NCBI GenBank assembly: GCA_035938265.1
Contig: DASZHA010000009.1
Coordinates: 3,520 to 67,519, forward strand
Source of the DNA: Candidatus Dormiibacterota bacterium
GTDB lineage: Bacteria > Chloroflexota > Dormibacteria > DASZGP01
Reading direction: 5' to 3'
Length of the DNA stretch: 64,000 nt
The notes beneath the pieces were generated by a model. That model did not search any database. It was not told the DNA's origin and saw only the letters and a list, made by a program, of their open reading frames with translations. This document shows, in pieces, positions 42,825 through 56,204 of the stretch; within the stretch, counting starts at the first letter, position 1, and each line of letters starts with the position of its first letter. Made by a program: the position numbers and the translations under genes.

Positions 42825-43853
42825 ATGGGAAGAGCGGGGCTGCTGCTGTGCTTGGCCTTGGCCGGGTGCGGCAGCTTCGCCCCGTCGAGCGGCAATCCTG
42901 CGCTGCCCGATATCGGCGCCGCCGCACCCGGGCCGGTCACCCTCGGAGGCAGCTCCGTAGAGCTGCTCACCGACGGGCAGATGGCGGTCGATCGCCTGCT
43001 GGCGGCGGTAACCGGCGCCCGGCAGAGCCTGGAGGCGGAGATCTACGAGTTCGATCGTAGCGACCTCGCCGACGCGATGGTGGCCGCGGTGCGGCGGGGT
43101 GTTGCCCTGACGGTGATCGCCGACCCCACCGTCGAGGTCAATGCCGCCACCCTGGCAAGGCTCCGCGCTGCGGGCGCCGTGGTGCGGCTCTTCCCCGATG
43201 GTCCGATGCAGATCGACCACGTCAAGCTGCTCCTGGCCGACCACGCCCTGGCGATCTTCGGGGGCATGAACTGGGGCCAGGGCTCGTACCTCAACCACGA
43301 CTTCGACGTGGTCCTCAGCGGCCCGGCGGTGGCCCACGTCGAGGCGATCTTTGCCGAGGACATGGTGCGCACCGGCGCGACGACGATGAGCTCCGCCCTC
43401 GCTCCCGGGGACCCGGACGAGCTCCGCCTCCTGACCAGCTACCCGGAGAACCAGGTGCGCCCCGCGGTGCTGGCGGCGGTCGCGGCCGCACATCAGGCGG
43501 TGTTCATCCAGATGTACGTGCTCACCGACGTCGAGGTGATGTCGGCGCTGTCAGCGGCGGCGCGCCGCGGGGTGGGCGTGTGGATCCTCTTCGACCCCAA
43601 CCAGGAGCTCAATCAGGCCGCCGCCGCGCGGCTTCGACAGGCGGGGGTGATGGCACGCTTCTACCGCACCCGGGGGGAGAAACTGCACGCCAAGGCCATG
43701 GTTGTCGACGGCCAGACCCTGGTGGTGGGATCGGCCAACTGGACCAGCTCCGGCTTCACCCGGAACCACGAACTCGACGTCGTCATCCGCAGCCCTGGGC
43801 TGGCAGCGCAGGCGCTGACCCGGATGGAGGCCGACTGGCAAGCGTCGGCCTAG
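42825..43853 (+). CDS. phospholipase D-superfamily (two HKD motifs) lipoprotein
   Basis: Lipobox LALAGC. HKD motifs HVKLLLAD...GGMNWG and HAKAMVVD...GSANWT. Confidence 0.75.
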   Translation: MGRAGLLLCLALAGCGSFAPSSGNPALPDIGAAAPGPVTLGGSSVELLTDGQMAVDRLLAAVTGARQSLEAEIYEFDRSDLADAMVAAVRRGVALTVIADPTVEVNAATLARLRAAGAVVRLFPDGPMQIDHVKLLLADHALAIFGGMNWGQGSYLNHDFDVVLSGPAVAHVEAIFAEDMVRTGATTMSSALAPGDPDELRLLTSYPENQVRPAVLAAVAAAHQAVFIQMYVLTDVEVMSALSAAARRGVGVWILFDPNQELNQAAAARLRQAGVMARFYRTRGEKLHAKAMVVDGQTLVVGSANWTSSGFTRNHELDVVIRSPGLAAQALTRMEADWQASA

Positions 43854-43860
43854 CGCGCGG

Positions 43861-44310
43861 CTACGTCGTGCGAACGATCAGCAGGCTGCAGGGCGCGTGG
43901 TGAGACACCTTGTTGGGCACGCTCCCCAGCACTCGGCCCAGCCCCGCCATGCCACGGTTGCCGACCACGATGAGGTCGGCGCCCTCGTCCGAGGCAACGC
44001 TGATCAGGGCGTCGGCAGCCTCGCCCAGGATGGCGTGCGTGGTGGCGTCCACCTCGGCATCGGCGGCCGCGGTCGCGGCGCTCCGGAGCATGAGGTCGGC
44101 CGCCTCCCGGGCTTCGCGCTCCCAGGTGGCATCGCCTGGTGCCGCCACCGCGGCGCCCCCCTCCGCGCCGATCATCGCCGCCGTTGGCAGCTTGCAGGCG
44201 GAGACGATGTGAAGCCGCGCCCCCGACGTCTTGCACAGCTCGATCGCGTGCGCCACCGCCTGCTCGGCGGTCTTGGATCCATCGGTGCCAACAACGATTG
44301 CCTTGTACAT
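43861..44310 (-). CDS. universal stress protein (UspA family)
   Basis: MYKAIVVGTDGS...VVGNRGMAGLGRVLGSVPNKV ATP-binding motif. ATG at 44310 confirmed. Confidence 0.85.
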   Translation of the reverse strand: MYKAIVVGTDGSKTAEQAVAHAIELCKTSGARLHIVSACKLPTAAMIGAEGGAAVAAPGDATWEREAREAADLMLRSAATAAADAEVDATTHAILGEAADALISVASDEGADLIVVGNRGMAGLGRVLGSVPNKVSHHAPCSLLIVRTT

Positions 44311-44409
44311 GCCAGCCCTCATGCGTTGCCGATTACCGGGCCAGCCTAGCCGGTCAACGCGGCAGGCGTCCATGCAGTTCGGCACACTCGTAGCGCCGGG
44401 GCTCCAGGG

Positions 44410-44868
44410 TCAGGCCTGAGCGCGGCGGAAGGCCTCTCGGGCGTCAAGCCGTTCGCGAGTGTCCTCGCCCAGCAGGTAGGCGAGGACGACGAGGAACACC
44501 AGGGCCAGGGCCACCTCGCCGATGGCGCCCAACCAATCGGGGTTGCCGCTGGGCCGCGCCACAAGGTCGTTGAACACGTAGTAGAGCCGGAGGATGACCT
44601 CGAGGCCGGCGTATCCGACCGCCAGGCGCCAGGCCCAGCGACGCAGCGCCAGCAGCCAGAGGGTGCCGACAAAACCCACGGCGTTGAGCGTCAGCACCCC
44701 CAGCGTCAGCGGGTCAAAGCCGACGCGCCCCAGGGCGAAGGCGATCAGGTAGGCGCCGTGGAACGAAATCGAGAGAACCGCGGCAAGGCCGAGGAAGAGC
44801 GATGCCCCGATCAACTCCTGGGGTGGTACCGGCGCGCCCACTGGTGGAGGCTCACTGCCATAGGGCAT
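44410..44868 (-). CDS. hypothetical integral membrane protein (about 4 TM)
   Basis: Four hydrophobic helices. Located between tpiA and the usp gene. Confidence 0.5.
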   Translation of the reverse strand: MPYGSEPPPVGAPVPPQELIGASLFLGLAAVLSISFHGAYLIAFALGRVGFDPLTLGVLTLNAVGFVGTLWLLALRRWAWRLAVGYAGLEVILRLYYVFNDLVARPSGNPDWLGAIGEVALALVFLVVLAYLLGEDTRERLDAREAFRRAQA

Positions 44869-44874
44869 GCGGGG

Positions 44875-45642
44875 CTAGGCCGGTGCCGGGACGGCAGCGC
44901 TGACGATCGCCAGGAAATCGGCCGCCACCAGGCTGGCGCCGCCAACCAGCGCCCCGTCGACGTTGGCCTCCGCCAGCAGCTCGCCGGCGTTGGCCGGCGT
45001 TACCGAGCCACCGTAGAGGATGCGAACCGCCTCCCCCACCGCGGTGCCGAGGGACTCGGCGACCAGCATCCGGACCAGGGCGCAGCTGGCTTCGGCGTGG
45101 GCGGGGGTGGCCGTCTTGCCGGTCCCAATGGCCCAGATCGGCTCGTAGGCCAGGACCAGCTCCAGGCCCTGCTCCTCGCTCAGCCCGGCCAGCGCCGCCG
45201 GCACCTGTCGCCCCAGCACCGCCTCGGTGCTGCCGGCCTCGTGCTCCTCGAGGGTCTCGCCGACGGCAACCAGCGGCCGCAGGCCGTGCCCGAGGGCGGC
45301 GCGCACCTTGCGGTTCACCTTCTCGTCGGTCTCGCCAAACAGCTGGCGGCGCTCGGAGTGGCCCAGCAGCGCGTAACGGCACCAGCCGGCGACCATCAAC
45401 GGCGAGATCTCCCCGGTGTATGCGCCCTTCTCCTCCCAGTACATGTTCTGCGCGCCCAGCCCGACCTCACTGCCCTCCAGCGCGTTGGACACGGGCCAGA
45501 GACTGGTGAACGGCGGCAGCACGGCGACCTCGACGTGGTCAAGCCTGGGCATCCCCGCAAGCAGGTCGGCGACCAGCGTCAGGGACTCGGGCACCGTCTT
45601 GTTCATCTTCCAGTTGCCCGCCACCAGCGGCATTCGGCTCAT
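44875..45642 (-). CDS. tpiA: triosephosphate isomerase
   Basis: [10 protein letters not shown]...[15 protein letters not shown]. Confidence 0.95.
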   Translation of the reverse strand: MSRMPLVAGNWKMNKTVPESLTLVADLLAGMPRLDHVEVAVLPPFTSLWPVSNALEGSEVGLGAQNMYWEEKGAYTGEISPLMVAGWCRYALLGHSERRQLFGETDEKVNRKVRAALGHGLRPLVAVGETLEEHEAGSTEAVLGRQVPAALAGLSEEQGLELVLAYEPIWAIGTGKTATPAHAEASCALVRMLVAESLGTAVGEAVRILYGGSVTPANAGELLAEANVDGALVGGASLVAADFLAIVSAAVPAPA

Positions 45643-46827
45643 TCAGTCCTCCTCCAGCACCCTGATCCCGGGCAGGTCCTTGCCCTCGAGGAACTCGAGG
45701 GTGGCACCGCCACCCGTGGACACGTGGGTTATCGAATCCTCCAGGCCGAGCTGGGCCAGGGCCGCGGCAAGGTCGCCGCCGCCGACGATGCTGATGGCCG
45801 GCGATTTCGCCACCGCCCTCGCAACCGTCTCGGTGCCGCCGCGAAACGGCTCCATCTCGTAGACCCCCAGGGGTCCGTTCCAGACGATGGTTCCGGCCTC
45901 CTTCTCCGCGATCATGGCGAAGCCCTTCTGGGTCTCAGGGCCGATGTCGAGCATCATCCAGCCGGCGGGGATGCGGCGCGCGTCGACGACCTGGATGTTG
46001 GCGTCAGCTCTGAAGGCATCGGCCACGACGGCGTCGACCGGGAGGGCCAGCTTCTCGCGACCCGCATCCAACAAGCGTCGAGCGGTGTCGAGCTGGTCCT
46101 CTTCAACCTTGCTGTCGCCGACCGCGGCGCCGTCGGCCTTGAGCAGGGTGCACGCCATCGCGCCACCCACCAGCATGGCGCTCACCCGGGGCAGGAGGTT
46201 CTCCATGACCCCGATCTTGGTCGAGATCTTGGCCCCGCCGACGATCGCCACCAGCGGCTCGCGCGGGTTGTCCAGCACCTGGCTGAGGACGGTGACCTCC
46301 TTCTCCATCAGCAGGCCGGCGGCGCTCGGCAGCAGGTGGGCGACGCCCTCGGTTGAGGCATGGGCGCGGTGGGCGGCGCCGAAAGCGTCGTTCACATAGG
46401 CGTCGGCGAGGCCCGCCAGCAGCCGGCAGAACCCGGGGTCGTTGGCCTCCTCGCCCGGCTCGAAGCGCACGTTCTCCAGCATCACCAGCTCGCCGGGGGC
46501 GAGCTCGGCGAGAAACAGCTCAACCGGCGGCCCGGCAACACCAGGGGCGACCTGGACGTGGATGCCGATGATCTCCTCGAGGCGCGCCGCCAGCGGCGCC
46601 ACGCTCAGCTCGGGCACGACCTTGCCGCCGGGCCGGCCACGATGGGTGACCAGGCGGATCTCGGCGCCGAGGTTGAGGACGGCGCGGACGGTGGGCACGG
46701 CCGCACGGATGCGCGCGTCGTCAAGGATGCGGTCGCCATCGAAGGGGACGTTGAAATCGACGCGCAGCAGCACGCGCTTCTCGAAGAGGTCGAGGTCCCT
46801 GATCGTCCGTAGCCGACGTCGGGCCAC
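45643..46827 (-). CDS. pgk: phosphoglycerate kinase
   Basis: [25 protein letters not shown]. Start is probably the GTG just after the gap stop (TAAGGTGG). Confidence 0.9.
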   Translation of the reverse strand: MARRRLRTIRDLDLFEKRVLLRVDFNVPFDGDRILDDARIRAAVPTVRAVLNLGAEIRLVTHRGRPGGKVVPELSVAPLAARLEEIIGIHVQVAPGVAGPPVELFLAELAPGELVMLENVRFEPGEEANDPGFCRLLAGLADAYVNDAFGAAHRAHASTEGVAHLLPSAAGLLMEKEVTVLSQVLDNPREPLVAIVGGAKISTKIGVMENLLPRVSAMLVGGAMACTLLKADGAAVGDSKVEEDQLDTARRLLDAGREKLALPVDAVVADAFRADANIQVVDARRIPAGWMMLDIGPETQKGFAMIAEKEAGTIVWNGPLGVYEMEPFRGGTETVARAVAKSPAISIVGGGDLAAALAQLGLEDSITHVSTGGGATLEFLEGKDLPGIRVLEED

Positions 46828-46828
46828 C

Positions 46829-47881
<1,053 letters not shown>

Positions 47882-47963
47882 TCACGACGGGTGGCACTCG
47901 GTACGAAGTGGGACGCCGGTAATCGGGCGGATCCGAACGGCGCTGCCGTCGGCGTGCCGACCT

Positions 47964-48869
47964 CTAATTTATCAGACCGGCTTCTTGGGCCACGGCGGAG
48001 AGACGGCGCAGCCGGGCATTGACCGCCGACTTGCTGAGGCCCATCCGCTCGGCCATCTGGCCCAGTGTCGCCGAGGGCATCGCCAGGCGGGTGCCGGCCA
48101 TCTCTCGCAGCGCCACGGGCTGGTCGTCGAGAACCCTCGACGCCATCAGCCGCCGCACCTCGTCGACCTGGCGCAGACCGGTGGCCACGCTCCGGCGTAG
48201 GTTGGCGGTCTCAGAGTTGGCCTGCCGGTTGGCCTGCCCGCGAAGCTCGCGAAGGATGCGGTCGTTCTCGAAGCGGAGGACCCCCTGGCTGGCGCCCATC
48301 GCCTTGAGCAGGGTGGTGACGTCGTCGCTGCCCTTGACATAGACCATCCAGCGGGCTCCCCGACGGCGGGTCCGCGGCCGCAGGCCAAGGCTGCGGACGG
48401 CGGCGACGATGGCGTCGGCGCCCGGCCGTCGCGTCAACCCAAACTCGAGGTGCGAGCCGCCCGGGCCGATGCTGACCACCCCGGCGGCGGTGAAGGCGCC
48501 GCGCAGGTAGGCCCGGCGGCAGCAGGCCCTGGCGGGCAGGGCTGCGGCAGGCGTCAGCTCGACCAGCGGGCCCCCGCGTTCGATGCCGACGTCATAGCTG
48601 GGCCGGACGTGGGTTCGACCGCGCTGGAAGTGGCCGGCGTGGGCTCCGTGTTCGCCGTCACCGCGGAGGGAACGACCCAGGCGCACGACCTTGCGCGCCG
48701 CGGCGCTGCTGGTCAGGCGAATGCTGAGGATGGTGGCGTCATCGCGGACCCTGGCCGCGGCGGCGAACCCCTTCAGCTCGCTCAGTTGGCAGCAGGCCCG
48801 GGGCTGCGCCAGGAGGGCGAGCTCGTGGCGCACGTCGGCGGTGAAGGACGCCCGGCCCTGGGCTGCCAT
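47964..48869 (-). CDS. whiA: DNA-binding sporulation/cell-division regulator WhiA
   Basis: SFTADVRHELALL N-terminus and C-terminal HTH (GQMAERMGLSKSAVNARLRRL). Sits in the conserved position upstream of gap-pgk-tpi. Confidence 0.85.
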   Translation of the reverse strand: MAAQGRASFTADVRHELALLAQPRACCQLSELKGFAAAARVRDDATILSIRLTSSAAARKVVRLGRSLRGDGEHGAHAGHFQRGRTHVRPSYDVGIERGGPLVELTPAAALPARACCRRAYLRGAFTAAGVVSIGPGGSHLEFGLTRRPGADAIVAAVRSLGLRPRTRRRGARWMVYVKGSDDVTTLLKAMGASQGVLRFENDRILRELRGQANRQANSETANLRRSVATGLRQVDEVRRLMASRVLDDQPVALREMAGTRLAMPSATLGQMAERMGLSKSAVNARLRRLSAVAQEAGLIN

Positions 48870-48954
48870 CCAGCCTCAGCTGCGCGGGTCGCGGTGGCGG
48901 ACGATCATCGGGGCAGATTCTAGGGCCCCTCCCGCAGCCCATATACTCCCCGCC

Positions 48955-49953
48955 GTGGACCCGTGCAGCCTGCCGACCTGCCTGAAGATCGGGGTCGATC
49001 CCATCGCTCTCCACCTGGGCAGCTTCGCTCTCTACTGGTACGGGCTGCTGGTGGCCCTGGGCTTCATCATCGCCATCCGGGTCGGCAGCCGCGAGGCGGA
49101 AAAGGTCGGCCTCAACGCCGACCAGCTGCTGTCGGCGACGCTTGTGGGGGCGCTCTTCGGTCTGCTGACAGCTCGCGTCTTCTACGTGCTGCAGAACCAG
49201 CCGCAGTACTACGTCGACGGCAAGCATCTGGGTGAGGCGCTCTCGCTGTGGCAGGGCGGGCTGACCTTCTATGGCGGCATCTTCGGCGCGATCCTGGGGG
49301 TCTGGCTCTACACCGGCCGCTACAACCTGCCCCTGCTGCGCTTCCTCGACATCGGCGCCCTGGTCGCGCCGCTGGGCCAGGCCATCGGGCGGGTGGGCAA
49401 CGTCATCAACGGCGACATCATCGGCATCAACACGCACAACTTCGGCATCGAATACACCAGCGGCAACAACCTCCTGCTCCCCACCGACCAGGTGGGCAAG
49501 GCGCAGCACCCCGTGGCGGTCTACGACATGTTCTGGGAGGCGGCACTGTTTGCGGCTCTCTTCTACCTCTGGCGCCGTCGTATCCTCCGGCCGGGACAGG
49601 CTGCCGGCGTCTACCTCTTCGGCTTCTCCGCCGGCCAGCTGCTCATCGGCGGCTTTCGCGCCGCGCCCGTGGGCCAGTTCGGGCTCAAGGCGAACCAGCT
49701 CACGGCACTGCCGATCCTGGCGGCCGGGCTGTGGCTCTTTCTCCGCTCCACCCGGGGCGGGGCGACCTACAGCGAGGCGCCCATCGAGCCGGTGGCGGTG
49801 AGAAAGCCGAGGCCACGCCGGCCGGCGGGAACGGCGGTCCGGCGGACAGCCGGCGCCACGGGCGCGGCCAAGGTGGCGGCGCCACGAGCCCGCAGGGCGG
49901 CGGCGGCCCCGGCCAAGAAGAGCACCCGCAGGCCGCAGGCCAAGGGCGGCTAG
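48955..49953 (+). CDS. lgt: prolipoprotein diacylglyceryl transferase with C-terminal Arg/Ala/Lys-rich tail
   Basis: LHLGSFALYWYGLLVALG...QAIGRVGNVINGDIIG Lgt signature. The last approximately 55 aa are basic and low-complexity. GTG start chosen inside the ORF-track ORF 48691. Confidence 0.85.
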   Translation: MDPCSLPTCLKIGVDPIALHLGSFALYWYGLLVALGFIIAIRVGSREAEKVGLNADQLLSATLVGALFGLLTARVFYVLQNQPQYYVDGKHLGEALSLWQGGLTFYGGIFGAILGVWLYTGRYNLPLLRFLDIGALVAPLGQAIGRVGNVINGDIIGINTHNFGIEYTSGNNLLLPTDQVGKAQHPVAVYDMFWEAALFAALFYLWRRRILRPGQAAGVYLFGFSAGQLLIGGFRAAPVGQFGLKANQLTALPILAAGLWLFLRSTRGGATYSEAPIEPVAVRKPRPRRPAGTAVRRTAGATGAAKVAAPRARRAAAAPAKKSTRRPQAKGG

Positions 49954-51809
49954 ACCTGCTCCTTGATCGCCTCCGCGACGGTGGCGGGGACGGTCTCCGA
50001 GAGCTCGGCCAGGGTCGCGTCGCGGATCCCGGCCAGCGAGCGGAATCGCTTGATCAGGGCCCGCTTCCGCTTGGGCCCCAGCCCCGGGACGGCGTCCAGG
50101 GGCGACGCCAGCCGCTGCCGCGCCCGGGTCCTGCGGTGGAAGCTGATGGCGAATCGGTGAGCCTCGTCGCGGACTCGCTGGAGCAAGAAGAGCGCGGTGG
50201 AGTCAAGCGGCAGCAGCAGCGAATGCGAGGAGCCGGTGGGGATCAGCTCCTCCTTGCGCTTGGCCAGGCCGAAGGTGGCGATCTGGTGAACGCCCAGCTC
50301 CTCCATCACCTCGCGCGCGGCGTTGAGCTGCCCCCTGCCGCCGTCGATTATGACCAGGTCGGGCAGGCTCTCGAAGCTGGCGTCGGAGTCCTTGCCGCCG
50401 GCGCCGTCGGGCCGGCCGCCGAGTCGCCGGAACCGCCGCCGCAGCATCTCCTGGAGCATGGCGAAGTCGTTGGCGCCGGCGACGCCTTTGATGTGGAAGC
50501 GCCGGTAGTGGGCGTTCTTGGGACGCCCGTCCTCGAAGACCACCATCGAACCGACGGGGTCGGTGCCCATCAGGTTGGAGATGTCGTAGCACTCGATCCG
50601 GCGCGGCAGGCGGTCCATCCCCAGGGCGTCCTGGAGGTCGGCCAGGATCTTCTCGGTGCGCTCGCTGTCGTAGTCCTTCTTAATCGTCGCCTGGCGCAGG
50701 GCCTCCTCGCCATTGCGTCGCGCCATCTCCAGCAGTTGCCGCCCCCTCCCCCGCTGCGGCACCATCACCCGCACGCGTGACCCGCGCCGCTGGCTCAGCC
50801 AGTCGCCGAGGGTCCCGGCATCGGCGATGTCCGCCGGCACCAGGATCTCCTTGGGGTAGGTGGTGGCGTCGCCGTAGAACTGCCCCACGAAGCCGTTGAT
50901 GACCTCGGCCTCCTCCATCTCACCGGCGCCCTCGAGCTCGAAGGACTCCGATCCGACAACCTGCCCGCGGCGCACCGTGAGCACCACCACCACCGCGCCT
51001 CCGCCGTCGCGCGCCAGGGCGACGACGTCCTGGTCACGCGCCGCCTGCGACAGGACCCGCTGCCGCTGGGCCACCTGGTCCAGGGCGATGCCGCGGTCCC
51101 GAAGCCGCGCCGCCCGCTCGAACTCGAGCTTGTCGGAGGCCTCCTGCATGTCGCGGCGGATGGCCCGCGCAAGCTCTTCTGAGCGTCCCTCCATGAAGAC
51201 GCCGATCTGCTCCAGGTTGCCGTGGTATTCCTCGGAGCCGATCAGCCCCTCGCACGGCCCCGAGCAGCGCTTGATGTGGTAGTCGAGGCAGACGCGGCCG
51301 CGCTTGAAGATGTCGTCGGAGCACGTGCGGTAGGGGAAGATCCGGCGCAGCGTCTTCATCGTTGTCCGCAGCGCCCCGGCGTTGGTGAAGGGCCCGAAAT
51401 ATCGGGCGCCGTCGTCGGTCACCTTGCGCACGGTGTAGACGCGGGGGAAGTCGCCCTTGCGCGGCAGCTTCATGTAGAGGTAGTTCTTGTCGTCACGCAG
51501 CCGGATGTTGTACTTCGGCCGATAGCGCTTGATCAGGGTGCACTCCAACAGCAACGCCTCCTGGTCGGTGCTGCAGGTGAGGACGTCGAAGTCGAAGACC
51601 CGGTTCACCATCCCCGTCATCCGCGGGTCGGTGGGACCACCGGCCTGGAAATAGGACCGCAGCCGGCTGCGCAGGCTATGGGCCTTGCCGACGTAGATCA
51701 CCCTGGTCTTGAGGTCACGCATGACGTAGACGCCGGGGCTGTCAGGGGCCTGCCGGAGGCGCTCCTTGAGGAGCTCGGGGCGGTCAATGAGGAGGTCGGC
51801 GCTCACCAC
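49950..51809 (-). CDS. uvrC: excinuclease ABC subunit C
   Basis: GIY-YIG (PGVYVMRDLKTRVIYVGKA), UvrBC domain, RNase H-like domain and HhH. Confidence 0.95.
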   Translation of the reverse strand: MVSADLLIDRPELLKERLRQAPDSPGVYVMRDLKTRVIYVGKAHSLRSRLRSYFQAGGPTDPRMTGMVNRVFDFDVLTCSTDQEALLLECTLIKRYRPKYNIRLRDDKNYLYMKLPRKGDFPRVYTVRKVTDDGARYFGPFTNAGALRTTMKTLRRIFPYRTCSDDIFKRGRVCLDYHIKRCSGPCEGLIGSEEYHGNLEQIGVFMEGRSEELARAIRRDMQEASDKLEFERAARLRDRGIALDQVAQRQRVLSQAARDQDVVALARDGGGAVVVVLTVRRGQVVGSESFELEGAGEMEEAEVINGFVGQFYGDATTYPKEILVPADIADAGTLGDWLSQRRGSRVRVMVPQRGRGRQLLEMARRNGEEALRQATIKKDYDSERTEKILADLQDALGMDRLPRRIECYDISNLMGTDPVGSMVVFEDGRPKNAHYRRFHIKGVAGANDFAMLQEMLRRRFRRLGGRPDGAGGKDSDASFESLPDLVIIDGGRGQLNAAREVMEELGVHQIATFGLAKRKEELIPTGSSHSLLLPLDSTALFLLQRVRDEAHRFAISFHRRTRARQRLASPLDAVPGLGPKRKRALIKRFRSLAGIRDATLAELSETVPATVAEAIKEQV

Positions 51810-51823
51810 TCGATACTAGGCGT

Positions 51824-52312
51824 GTGCAGATCAAGTTCCGGCTGCCGGTCGACGACAGCCCTGACATCCTGCTGGTGCACTCGCCCTGGACCAGCAGGAG
51901 CCAGGTTTTCGTCGATGGCGCCGAGGTGCGGGGCGAGCGGAGGGGCCGGGTGCGCTACTTCCGGCTCAGGCTGCCCGATGGCGCCGCCGCCGAGCTGCAG
52001 CTGAAGAACACCGGCATCGACGTCCTCCCGCGGGGCACCCTGGTCTTCGGCGACCCGCCCAAATCGGTCGCCGTCAGCCTGGCGCGAGCCCTGGCCTGGT
52101 GGGAGTACCTGCTCTGTGGCCTGCCGTTGCTGCTGGCGCCGGCGAGCGGAATCGTCGGCGGAATCGTTGGAGCTTTGGGCGCGTACCTCAACTTGTTGGT
52201 GATGCGCAGCGGGCTGGCGCCGCCCTTGAGGGTGCTTGCCGCTTTGGGGGTACTGCTGACCGCGACGGTGATCGTAATTTCGATAAGTCTCATCGCTGGA
52301 GGGGGGCGCTAG
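51824..52312 (+). CDS. hypothetical membrane protein (soluble N-domain plus 2-3 TM)
   Basis: Divergent from uvrC. Hydrophobic C-terminal half. Confidence 0.45.
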   Translation: MQIKFRLPVDDSPDILLVHSPWTSRSQVFVDGAEVRGERRGRVRYFRLRLPDGAAAELQLKNTGIDVLPRGTLVFGDPPKSVAVSLARALAWWEYLLCGLPLLLAPASGIVGGIVGALGAYLNLLVMRSGLAPPLRVLAALGVLLTATVIVISISLIAGGGR

Positions 52313-52317
52313 GCGGG

Positions 52318-55212
<2,895 letters not shown>

Positions 55213-55294
55213 TAGGAAACGTTAACCTGGAGGCGACGCGGCACCTTCCAAGTTTATGAGGGGCAGCGGCACAGGGCGGCCTGCGCCGCCGGGG

Positions 55295-56065
55295 TCAGTG
55301 GACCAGCAAACGCCAGCGCCAGCCGAGGCGGTGGGTGATGTATCGCACCAATGAGGCCATCGTCTTGAGGCCGTAGACCAGGCTGACCCGGAAGTTGACC
55401 GAGGAGGCCTCGGCGAAGTAGCGGGTCTCCACCGGCACGTCGACGGCCTTGAAGCCGAAGGCGGCAGCCTGGATAAGGACCTGGGTGTCGAAGACGAAGT
55501 CGTTGGAGTTCCGGAGGAAGGGGACAGTCTCCAGGAACTGCCGGCTGTAGGCGCGGTACCCAGAGTGGTACTCGGTGAGGCGGAGGCCGAGGACGGCGTT
55601 CTCACAGGCCGTGAGGAACCGGTTCGCGATTCGCTTCCACCAGGGCATGCCACCGAGCCGGGCCTGGCCGGGTCGGGCAAACCGGGAGCCCAGGACCAGG
55701 TCGGCCTCACCGCGCCGGATGACATCGATCATCTGGCCCAGGATCTTGGGATCGTACTGACCGTCGGGGTGGAGCATGACCACCACGCCTGCGCCAAGGC
55801 GGAGGGCCTCCATGTAGCAGGTCTTCTGGTTGCCTCCATAGCCGACGTTGTGCGGGTGCTCGACGACCACGATGGGCAGCGAGCGCGCGACCGCCACCGT
55901 CTCGTCGCCACTGGCGTCATCAACCAGGATCACGTGGTCCGCGACCCCGTCAGGGATGTCGACAAAGGTGGAGGCGAGCGTCAACGCGGCGTTGTACGCC
56001 GGCATCACGACGATCGCAGGACCGGGAGAACGGTCGGGATCCGGCTGGCGGTCAAGGTGTAGCAC
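55295..56065 (-). CDS. GT2-family glycosyltransferase, polyprenol/dolichol-phosphate sugar synthase-like (Ppm1/DPM1-like)
   Basis: IVVMPAYNAA...ILVDDASGDETV (DxD) ...MLHPDGQYDP GT-A motifs. Start is uncertain (GTG cluster at about 56063-56068; the ORF track runs to 56245, overlapping the upstream gene). Confidence 0.7.
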   Translation of the reverse strand: MLHLDRQPDPDRSPGPAIVVMPAYNAALTLASTFVDIPDGVADHVILVDDASGDETVAVARSLPIVVVEHPHNVGYGGNQKTCYMEALRLGAGVVVMLHPDGQYDPKILGQMIDVIRRGEADLVLGSRFARPGQARLGGMPWWKRIANRFLTACENAVLGLRLTEYHSGYRAYSRQFLETVPFLRNSNDFVFDTQVLIQAAAFGFKAVDVPVETRYFAEASSVNFRVSLVYGLKTMASLVRYITHRLGWRWRLLVH

Positions 56066-56204
56066 CACCTCGACTTCCGGCACCCGCAGAGCCGTCACCA
56101 GCCTGCCGTCCTGCTCTGGAGCGTGTACGGGGTCATCGACCGCACCATAACCTGCGAGGTGGCGGCTGGAAAGGGGTTTACACGCGCCTGTCGCAGGAAT
56201 GGAA

